Source: Pirellula staleyi DSM 6068
Lineage (GTDB): Bacteria; Planctomycetota; Planctomycetia; Pirellulales; Pirellulaceae
Assembly: GCA_000025185.1 (NCBI GenBank)
Contig: CP001848.1
Span: forward strand, 5,040,001-5,072,000
Length of the DNA stretch: 32,000 nt
Direction: 5' to 3'
In this document: positions 9,231 to 16,247 of the stretch, one piece after another
Layout: each line of letters starts with the position of its first letter
How positions within the stretch are numbered: the stretch's first letter is position 1
The notes under the pieces: model-generated
Told to the model about the DNA's origin: nothing
Databases searched by the model: none
What the model saw: the letters and a program-made list of their open reading frames with translations, nothing else
Program-made: the position numbers and the translations under genes

Positions 9231-10226
9231 TTAGGTGGAGTAGATGAACCGCTGCAGCGCAAGGGTCGGGAGCATCAAAGCCACGATCGCCAGCGAATAT
9301 CCCGGGGTCAGCACGGTGAGAACGACGGCAGCGTGAAACATGATGAGAGACAGAATAGCCTGCTTGATCACTGGTTGCACGGTGCTCGGCTGTGGATCGG
9401 CAATCGCGCGGACACCTCGCAGCAAAATGCTGACACCCAGGCACGACATCAGCAGCATGAACATTTGCGCTGGTATCCGTTGACCAGGCAGAGCAAGGGC
9501 CTGATACACAACCCCTGCTACTCCGGAGAGCATCAGTAGCAGTCCGATGGTTAGTTGCCAGCGCGAGCTCTCCACTGCCTCTTGTCTCGAAAACCAAGTG
9601 ACGCCAGCGATATAAAGTCCGTAAGCGATCGCCAGCAGCAGCCACACCGCTGGGTATCCCATCACCACCGGCTCGCTTACGGCCGGCGCAAGGCTCATCC
9701 CCAGCAAAATGTTGAGCGTGCGACAGGCACCCATGGCAAAGGGGCCGGCGAAGGTGTGCTTCAGCCAGGCGTTGTAAAGCAGAATCATCCCGGCCAAGAG
9801 GGTCGCAACACCACCGCTGTGGAGCATCGAGATCGTCTCAGCTTGATAGGCAATGCCAACCACCCATGCCAGCAAGCATCCGAGCACCAGCAGACCGGCA
9901 CCAAATCGTTTGGCAAAGTCGAGCGAAACAGCGCCGCTGGGGAGTGGTCGCGTAGGACGCTCGACCCGATCGATTTCGATATCAAACACGTCGTTCAGCA
10001 CCATCCCTGCGGTGTAAAGCATCGCGCTGGCTATGGCGAGCGCGATGAGCCCCGGCAAGGGCTGAGCATCGCCCCGAGCGAGGAAAAAACCGAGCAGGAT
10101 ATCGGCTACTGACGTGAAGACATTCGACAGCCGACAGAGTTTCAGCAGTGGCAACAAGCTTCCACTGGGGCCGCGATCGGCCGCTTCAGGCAACGATTCG
10201 ATCGTGGGTGGAAGCTGACTGTTCAC
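9231..10226 (-). CDS. UbiA-superfamily integral-membrane prenyltransferase (EboC-like, tentative)
   Basis: 331 aa, polytopic and hydrophobic. The first Asp-rich motif is NDVFDIEIDRVERPTRPLPSG. GTG start at 10226. It lies 33 nt upstream of the TIM-barrel gene. Confidence 0.8.
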   Translation of the reverse strand: MNSQLPPTIESLPEAADRGPSGSLLPLLKLCRLSNVFTSVADILLGFFLARGDAQPLPGLIALAIASAMLYTAGMVLNDVFDIEIDRVERPTRPLPSGAVSLDFAKRFGAGLLVLGCLLAWVVGIAYQAETISMLHSGGVATLLAGMILLYNAWLKHTFAGPFAMGACRTLNILLGMSLAPAVSEPVVMGYPAVWLLLAIAYGLYIAGVTWFSRQEAVESSRWQLTIGLLLMLSGVAGVVYQALALPGQRIPAQMFMLLMSCLGVSILLRGVRAIADPQPSTVQPVIKQAILSLIMFHAAVVLTVLTPGYSLAIVALMLPTLALQRFIYST

Positions 10227-10295
10227 TCGCTCACTCGCAGTTCGCCGGCGGGCACTAGAATTCGCATCAGGGGAGGGGAGACTGACGGCGATATT

Positions 10296-11285
10296 CTACC
10301 GAGCGCCCGACTCTTGCGCGAGAGGTACGAGCCGTTTTGCGGCGAGCATTCGCTCGTCGGGAAGTTTGACATTCCAGGCGAGTCCCACGAGTTCCATGGC
10401 CCGAATGATCACCCAGCTGGTATCGAACTGCCACCACCGCAAACCGTGACGAGCCGACGTTGGAAACGCATGGTGATTGTTGTGCCACCCTTCGCCAAAC
10501 GCAAGAAAACCACAGAAAACGTTGTTGCGGGATTCGTCTCCCGAGTCGTATTCGCGCTGGCCAAAGACGTGGCAAATCGAGTTGATCGACCAGGTGACGT
10601 GGTGTGTCACGAAGATCCGTACAAACCCGCCCCACAGTAGCGCCAGCAGCGCCCCTTCGACCGTTCCTGTTGCCAAATAGCCGATCAGGGTTGGCAGCCC
10701 CAAGCTAACGACGACCCACAGATAATAGAGCCGGTCGACCGCCATCAGCCAGCGATCGGCCACAAGATCAGGAACGTAGCGCTGCACGCGCGGCGAGGTC
10801 CAGTAGCCTGTAAAAAGCCAGCCGGTGTGGGCATACCAAAGCCCTTGCAGCATCGCTCCGAGCCCATTGCCATGCAGATGAGGCGAATGGGGGTCGCCAT
10901 GCTGGTCGCTCAGTTCGTGATGCCGCCGATGCACAGCGCACCACGTGACTGGAGAGCCTTCGATCGACAAGCATCCCATCGCTGTCCAAAACATCCTGAC
11001 CCAGGGATAGGTTTCGAACGACCGGTGCGTCAGCATCCGGTGAAAGCCGATGGTGATCCCCGCGCCGGTGATCGCCCAGCCGCTCAAAAAGAGCCCCAGG
11101 TTAAGCCAGCCGACCATGCCGTATTGCCACAGTGTGGCCATCGCGACGAAGAGTGAAATGAACGGGAGAAAGACAATGCCCAGCATCACGATTTTGTGCG
11201 TGAGGGGCGCTTCGGGAAATTCGACCTGGAGCTGTCGTTCGCCGGTCGACGAAGGGTTGGTGGAGGGTGTACGAACTTCTGCCAT
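10296..11285 (-). CDS. Membrane acyl-CoA/acyl-lipid delta-9-type fatty acid desaturase
   Basis: Three histidine boxes are present: HRMLTHRSF, HRRHHELSDQHGDPHSP and GEGWHNNHHAFP. The ATG at 11285 gives a 329-aa protein of normal family size. The track ORF extends to a GTG at 11453. Confidence 0.85.
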   Translation of the reverse strand: MAEVRTPSTNPSSTGERQLQVEFPEAPLTHKIVMLGIVFLPFISLFVAMATLWQYGMVGWLNLGLFLSGWAITGAGITIGFHRMLTHRSFETYPWVRMFWTAMGCLSIEGSPVTWCAVHRRHHELSDQHGDPHSPHLHGNGLGAMLQGLWYAHTGWLFTGYWTSPRVQRYVPDLVADRWLMAVDRLYYLWVVVSLGLPTLIGYLATGTVEGALLALLWGGFVRIFVTHHVTWSINSICHVFGQREYDSGDESRNNVFCGFLAFGEGWHNNHHAFPTSARHGLRWWQFDTSWVIIRAMELVGLAWNVKLPDERMLAAKRLVPLAQESGAR

Positions 11286-11556
11286 ACGTGGCGTAAGGTC
11301 CCCATGATGTCGTGCCTCGCGGCGGCTCGACGTCTTGGTGGACTTGCTTCCTGTGAGTCTTCGAGACACTACACACCCTTGTTCAAACAGAGGAAACGAA
11401 CGGGCCGCCGAATCCGAAGGCGAGCCGAGTCGAGTGCGTGAGAGGTTGCTCACGCAAATTGGCGTCTACTGTGAGACTACCCGAAAACGAAAAAGTCTGC
11501 GCACCGTTTGACACAACTTTTGCGCGATCGAGCAAAATGAGGAGTGGTGGGCGCAG

Positions 11557-11591
11557 AAAAAAACCACGCGACCTGTTACCGGGTGGCGTGG
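11557..11591 (-). terminator. Rho-independent terminator downstream of the RRM gene
   Basis: On the minus strand the sequence reads ccacgccaccc-ggtaaca-ggtcgcgtgg followed by ttttttt. This is a 10-bp GC-rich stem with one mismatch plus a 7-U tract, about 160 nt after the stop at 11750. Confidence 0.6.
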
Positions 11592-11749
11592 CTGTTGTCT
11601 TTTGAAACCTGGACTGATTCTTGGCGAAGAATGAATCTTGGAGCGAAGAACGGAGCCTAAGGAAGAGCGGCTTTTAATCTGGGGGATATAAACAGCGATC
11701 AGACGAGGTTCAGCGGGATGACAAGCATCGGCCGAGGAACCGAGGTCGA

Positions 11750-12220
11750 TTAGTAGCGTCCGCCACCATCGCGACCACCACGGCCACCGCCGCCGCCGTA
11801 ACCACCTCCACCGCCACCACCGTATCCGCCTCCACCGCCACCACCATATCCGCCGCCGCCGCCGTAGCCGCCGCCATCGCGACCACCACCGCCGCCGCCG
11901 TAACCGCCACGACCACCGCCGTAACCGCCACGTCCGCCGCCGCCACCACCGCCGCCGCCAGCTGGACGGGGAGCGCGTTCGCGAGCTTCATTCACCACCA
12001 GGGGACGACCGTTGCAGTTGGTGCCATTGAGGCCATTCACAGCAGGTTCGCAATCGGCGTCGTTCGCCATCTGGACGAAACCAAAGCCGCGCGACCGGCC
12101 GGTTTCCCGGTCCATGATCACTTCGGCAGCTGCCACATCACCAAACGGCTTGAAGAGAGCTTCAAGGTCCGATGAGGAGTACGTCCAGGGGAGGTTCCCC
12201 ACATAGATCCGCTTCGTCAT
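11750..12220 (-). CDS. RRM (RNP-1) RNA-binding protein with a C-terminal Gly/Tyr/Arg-rich tail
   Basis: ATG at 12220. RNP2 is IYVGNL and RNP1 is RGFGFVQM. An RRM of about 85 aa is followed by a 69-aa tail, GGGGGGGGGRGGYGGGRGGYGGGGGGRDGGGYGGGGGYGGGGGGGYGGGGGGGYGGGGGRGGRDGGGRY. Confidence 0.92.
   Translation of the reverse strand: MTKRIYVGNLPWTYSSSDLEALFKPFGDVAAAEVIMDRETGRSRGFGFVQMANDADCEPAVNGLNGTNCNGRPLVVNEARERAPRPAGGGGGGGGGRGGYGGGRGGYGGGGGGRDGGGYGGGGGYGGGGGGGYGGGGGGGYGGGGGRGGRDGGGRY
11753..11959 (-). repeat. Low-complexity (GGN)n/(GGN-TAY) coding repeat encoding the Gly/Tyr/Arg tail
   Basis: About 207 nt are almost entirely ccgcc/ccacc/gtaacc units on the plus strand. This creates the spurious Ala/Val-rich ORF 11710..11991 in another frame. 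Confidence 0.9.
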
Positions 12221-12263
12221 TCGACAAGTCCTTAGAACAGAATCCAAAATCCCAGCAAGCTAG

Positions 12264-12295
12264 ATTGCCAGCCAAACCAATTGCCAGCCAAACCA
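12264..12295 (-). repeat. Perfect tandem duplication of a 16-nt unit in the RRM gene leader
   Basis: The plus strand reads attgccagccaaacca twice (12264-12279 and 12280-12295). On the mRNA strand this is uugguuuggcuggcaa x2, 44-75 nt upstream of the ATG. Confidence 0.9.
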
Positions 12296-12553
12296 AACCC
12301 AAACCGCAAACAGCTACCGAACCCAAAACCGCCAGAACGAGGCAGTCTTGTGCTGGAGCGCGGCAATCGCGGCACGTCGTTTCCTGGGACCCTATCGCTT
12401 GACGAATGGAACAAAACCCAATCAGCAAACTGGCAAGGGACTTTCAGCCGATGCGGACCACATGTACCAACCACTCGCGAAGCCAACTCCAAAGCGAGTC
12501 GGCAACTGTTCTTGATGGGAAATATACCCGGCCCGTTGTAGGGAAGAAAGAGC

Positions 12554-12585
12554 AGTTGACGGGAAATCGAGATTCACCGTCAACT
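12554..12585 (-). terminator. Candidate terminator hairpin downstream of the DUF1559 gene 12815..13729
   Basis: A 9-bp stem (agttgacgg / ccgtcaact) with a 14-nt loop. The minus strand continues gctctttcttccc, which is pyrimidine-rich but not a clean U-tract. Confidence 0.3.
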
Positions 12586-12814
12586 TCGAAAATGCCGCTG
12601 AAACACGGAGTTCTCGAGGTCCGTGCGCGTGCTCCATCACCCAGCAAATCAGGGTTTCGCTGCTCGCCCTACCAAGCCTCAAAGCTCGCCCAGTTTGGCA
12701 ATTTGGGGAGGGACACCACATCGCATCAGCACTCGTCGACGTGACGTATGGTTCGGCACCAAGCATGATCTCAAAAACGCTTGAACATGCTTCTTCGCCC
12801 CCTCTGCCAGCAAC

Positions 12815-13729
12815 CTACTTGGGAACCTGGGCTGGTTTACCGTCGTTTTTGCAGCCGAGGTAGTTGTAGGTCCAGTGATCGATGGTCTGCGGCAGGAAAT
12901 GGACCGAACCATCCCCCATCAGGAAATTCGCGCCACTTGGATGACGCGATTTGAAGGCGAGTTCCGTCGTCCAATTGCAGGGACGATTGCATGGGTTCGT
13001 TGCATTGGGATTGCACGAGTCGTAGTTGATCGGCACCAAGGTGCTGGTCAAACCACAGCCGTTGTTCGAACCGGCCCAGCCTCCGCTGTTGTGGTTGCTG
13101 CAGCCACGGCGGACTTCACCGAAGAAGATGGTGCTGGAGAGGCCGTCGGTGATGTCGGCAAATCGCGAGGTCGTTGAGTAGCGTGTGAAGGGACCGGCAA
13201 AGCTGGTGGTCGAACCATAGGGAGCCAGCTGATAGGTGTTCCAGCTGTTCGAGCAATCGCACGAGGGGGACGAAATGTGGCCCGTCGGGCCGATGCTCGC
13301 GGCGTAGTTATGAATCGCGCGGCCGTTGAGCAAGTTGTTGTTGTCGTCGCTCGGACAGATCAGGGTTTTGATGATCGTCGAGGCCAGGAGCACTCCACCG
13401 ACCGATTCGTTTTCCGGCGGCTGTGTGAACGTGAACTGATTGTAGAGAGGCTGCTGTTCGATGAACGGCAGCAAGTGCACGTAGATGCTGCCGCGATTAT
13501 TGGTCGATGCGCCAAACCAAATCGCCCCGGGTGGAAGTGTGCCGAGCACATCGTGGTAGTTGTGCAGGCCAATTCCGATTTGCTTGAGGTTGTTGACGCA
13601 CTGGGTACGTCGGGCAGCTTCGCGCGCTGCTTGTACCGCCGGGAGCAGAAGGGCTACGAGAACTCCAATGATGGCAATGACCACCAGGAGTTCTACGAGC
13701 GTGAAGCCTTTCGACGCGCTCTTGTTCAT
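12815..13729 (-). CDS. DUF1559-family protein with prepilin-type N-terminal cleavage/methylation leader and H-X9-DG tail
   Basis: The N-terminus is MNKSASKGFTLVELLVVIAIIGVLVALLLPAVQAAREAARRTQCVNNLKQIG. The C-terminal motif is HPSGANFLMGDGSVHFL. This family is greatly expanded in Planctomycetota. Confidence 0.9.
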   Translation of the reverse strand: MNKSASKGFTLVELLVVIAIIGVLVALLLPAVQAAREAARRTQCVNNLKQIGIGLHNYHDVLGTLPPGAIWFGASTNNRGSIYVHLLPFIEQQPLYNQFTFTQPPENESVGGVLLASTIIKTLICPSDDNNNLLNGRAIHNYAASIGPTGHISSPSCDCSNSWNTYQLAPYGSTTSFAGPFTRYSTTSRFADITDGLSSTIFFGEVRRGCSNHNSGGWAGSNNGCGLTSTLVPINYDSCNPNATNPCNRPCNWTTELAFKSRHPSGANFLMGDGSVHFLPQTIDHWTYNYLGCKNDGKPAQVPK

Positions 13730-13848
13730 GGAAAACTACTTTCACCAGCAGGAAATCAAAATATAAAGGGGCCCGAGAATCACCCGGGCCAAAAATCACT
13801 TTTTTATGAGCAGTCTGTACATGCGGCGCATCAAAAAACGAGCGCATG

Positions 13849-14307
13849 CTACTTCGAAGTCAGTTCAAGTTTCAGCGATGCCATGCCTGGTTCAATCGTG
13901 TACTCCAGGCCACTCGTGTCGGGCATCGAGTATTTTTTCGGCACCAGAAACTCTTCGCGAAATGCTGCCGGATTGAACGCACCACTCGTCCCATCTTCGT
14001 TCACCTCGACCCCATAGACCTTGGTCTTCACGACGGTGACACGATAGACGCCAGGCGCGACACCGTCGCCAGGCGTTTGTGTTTGAAGCAAAAAGTTACC
14101 AGTCGCATCGGTGTAGCCTTCAGCCGGTCGACCCTCGGCAGGCATGAACATCACAGCAGCCCCTTCGACAGGCTGACCATCGAGTGTCACAACGCCCGCC
14201 ACCTGCACCATGCCACTTGAGCCGCAGCCCGTGGTGATAAGCGCGAAACAAGCAACGAGGCCGATAACCACGGCGCGACGACCTACAGAACTAGCGAGCG
14301 ACCGCAT
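13849..14307 (-). CDS. Small lipoprotein with a carboxypeptidase-regulatory-like (Ig-like beta-sandwich) domain
   Basis: The ATG at 14307 gives MRSLASSVGRRAVVIGLVACFALITTGC (signal plus lipobox-like Cys), followed by VAGVVTLDGQPVEGAAVMFMP...TDATGNFLL...PGVYRVTV. Confidence 0.7.
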   Translation of the reverse strand: MRSLASSVGRRAVVIGLVACFALITTGCGSSGMVQVAGVVTLDGQPVEGAAVMFMPAEGRPAEGYTDATGNFLLQTQTPGDGVAPGVYRVTVVKTKVYGVEVNEDGTSGAFNPAAFREEFLVPKKYSMPDTSGLEYTIEPGMASLKLELTSK

Positions 14308-14590
14308 GAAGAGAGAGGCTTTCGGAGATGAACATACTGCCACCGCCACGGGAGTGGCTCAGCGGCCGGGGAGAGATTGGTGCGTCGCAAATGATCAGGT
14401 GTGCGGTATTAGGCACACCTGCATGCACTAGCATCGACTAAGAATGGCCGATCAACCCGATTTTTTCAAGCAAACCAATGGCTTTTTTGCTTGAAACACG
14501 GAGTTAAACGGACATAGTTCGGCGGGCGAAACCAGCCTAGCGCCAGCAGCGATCGGTGCCTTTACAAGAAACGGACCGAACGGCACCACA

Positions 14591-14619
14591 AGGCAATGGA
14601 AACAGACCTTCCATTGCCT
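14591..14619 (-). terminator. Candidate terminator hairpin after the beta-propeller gene
   Basis: A perfect 11-bp stem (aggcaatggaa / ttccattgcct) with a 7-nt loop, 86 nt downstream of the stop at 14705. No U-tract follows. Confidence 0.3.
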
Positions 14620-14704
14620 CGCGAAACAACAACTCGAAGGGGCCCAGAAGTCGCACTACCACCTGCAGCCCGGAGCTTTCTGGGTCGCTACCAAAGGGAT
14701 CGCG

Positions 14705-16174
14705 TTACTCGGGAATGTAGTTCAGCGTGTAGTACGCCTTGTTATGCAGCAGAGGCTTACCTTCTGCCGACTTCACACCGGCCATGGTGAATTCATGGAC
14801 GTGCCCTTCGACGATCTTGTCGATGTAGAGCCGAGCGCTGAGGCCATCAGCGGCAACTTCAACCTTGGTGATCGTCGGTTTCGTGTGATCGACTTCAGGG
14901 CTGCCATAAGCGGCCTGATAAATGTAGCAGTAGGTGCTTAGGTCATAGGACTTCGGATCACCAGCGGAGGCGGGATCGACCTTTTCGGTGAAGGTGAATT
15001 CGAAGCCATCTTTCTTGGCATGCATTTCGTGCACTTCAAACGGAACCTTGCCCGACCACATGATCCGATCGAGTGAGTGCGGCTGTGTCCCCCGCGACCC
15101 CCAACCACGATTGGTGCCGCCGACAAACAGCGCCCCTTCTTTGGTGAGGAGCAGCGAGAGCGAGCCTGAACCAATGCCACTGCGGAACGGGAAGCAAGCA
15201 CCTTGGTAGTGTCCCTTCACCTGTTCCATGTAGACCCGCATCACGGTGCTATGGGTCTGATCGCCCACGAAGAGTTGATTTTGGAACGGACCAAACTTGC
15301 CACCGGTGGTATCGCACATGATGCCCGAAGCCGACTGCCCCATTTTGTTGTAGGGAAAGTAAACCGCTGGAGGTTCAAGCTGGGGGATCTTTTTGGCTTC
15401 TACCATCATGCGACTACCCGACTGAGGTTCCGTCGGCTTTTCGCCAATCGCGCCACCAGCTACATCGAACCAGCGGAAGCCGCCGGGATGACCTTGGAAC
15501 GAGCCTGGCTTCAAATGTTTGATGCTGCAGGTTCCGTTCCAGGGACCTTGATTGTCGGTATAGAACATGTCCCCTGCGGCATTCATTCCTACACCGCCCG
15601 GCGAACGAAGTCCGCTGCAGGTCGGAATCACTTTTCCTTCGGGGGTGATGCGGAGGCACCAACCGCGATACTTGCTCTCGCTGCTGAACGACCCGGTGAG
15701 GCAAAGCGTGACCCAGATGTTTCCGTCTTTGTCGAACTTCGACCCGAAGGCGTATTCGTGATAGTCGCCGTTGATGCCCCAGCCATCGCTGACGGTTTCG
15801 AACAGATCGCCACGACCGTCGCCATCTTCATCCTTGATACGCGTGACTTCGCAGCGCTGAGTGGCGTAGAGCCAACCATCTTTTTCGGCGATGCCGAGCA
15901 CTTCATGCAGCCCCGATGCAAACTTGGTGAACTCGGCGTTTTCGGGGTTTTTGACAAACGGTTTGTCGAGCAGAAAGATATCGCCGCGACGGGTCGAGAT
16001 GGCGAGCTTGCCATCGGGCATCATTTCGAGTCCACCTGCTTCCAAATTGACAAATTCCGAGAGTGGAAACGCCACCAACGGATAGTAAGTCTCTTCGGTC
16101 TCTTGAGCGGCGGCAGAGCCGCACAGCAGGAGCAGGGCAGAGAGGAGCGAGCCAGTGAGGAGCCGAATATTCAT
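14705..16174 (-). CDS. Secreted beta-propeller protein resembling PQQ-dependent/soluble sugar (sorbosone/glucose) dehydrogenases, with a C-terminal Ig-like domain
   Basis: The signal peptide is [25 protein letters not shown]. Repeated propeller-blade-like segments include [51 protein letters not shown] and [13 protein letters not shown]. Confidence 0.72.
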   Translation of the reverse strand: MNIRLLTGSLLSALLLLCGSAAAQETEETYYPLVAFPLSEFVNLEAGGLEMMPDGKLAISTRRGDIFLLDKPFVKNPENAEFTKFASGLHEVLGIAEKDGWLYATQRCEVTRIKDEDGDGRGDLFETVSDGWGINGDYHEYAFGSKFDKDGNIWVTLCLTGSFSSESKYRGWCLRITPEGKVIPTCSGLRSPGGVGMNAAGDMFYTDNQGPWNGTCSIKHLKPGSFQGHPGGFRWFDVAGGAIGEKPTEPQSGSRMMVEAKKIPQLEPPAVYFPYNKMGQSASGIMCDTTGGKFGPFQNQLFVGDQTHSTVMRVYMEQVKGHYQGACFPFRSGIGSGSLSLLLTKEGALFVGGTNRGWGSRGTQPHSLDRIMWSGKVPFEVHEMHAKKDGFEFTFTEKVDPASAGDPKSYDLSTYCYIYQAAYGSPEVDHTKPTITKVEVAADGLSARLYIDKIVEGHVHEFTMAGVKSAEGKPLLHNKAYYTLNYIPE

Positions 16175-16247
16175 CGTGATTTCCCTAGGAAATTAGGGGT
16201 TTCGTACCAACATGAAACGCGAGGACGTGCACTGCAAATCGGCGTGA

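Noticed and set aside
11286-11453. 56-aa basic N-terminal extension of the desaturase from a GTG start
   Set aside because: The ATG at 11285 gives the usual ~330-aa length for this family, and the extension has no TM or known motif. It is kept only as an alternative start.
11710-11991. 93-aa Ala/Val-rich minus-strand ORF
   Set aside because: It is an alternative frame of the (GGN)n repeat encoding the RRM tail. It has no independent start context, and the RRM frame is supported by RNP1 and RNP2.
12406-12744. 112-aa plus-strand ORF, and the overlapping minus-strand ORFs, in the long region upstream of the RRM gene
   Set aside because: Low-complexity translations with no motif and lower GC with no codon-like periodicity visible by eye. 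I interpret the region as a 5' leader or intergenic region.
13277-14017. 246-aa plus-strand ORF bridging the DUF1559 and lipoprotein genes
   Set aside because: It is antisense to both supported genes and crosses their intergenic spacer. No motifs.
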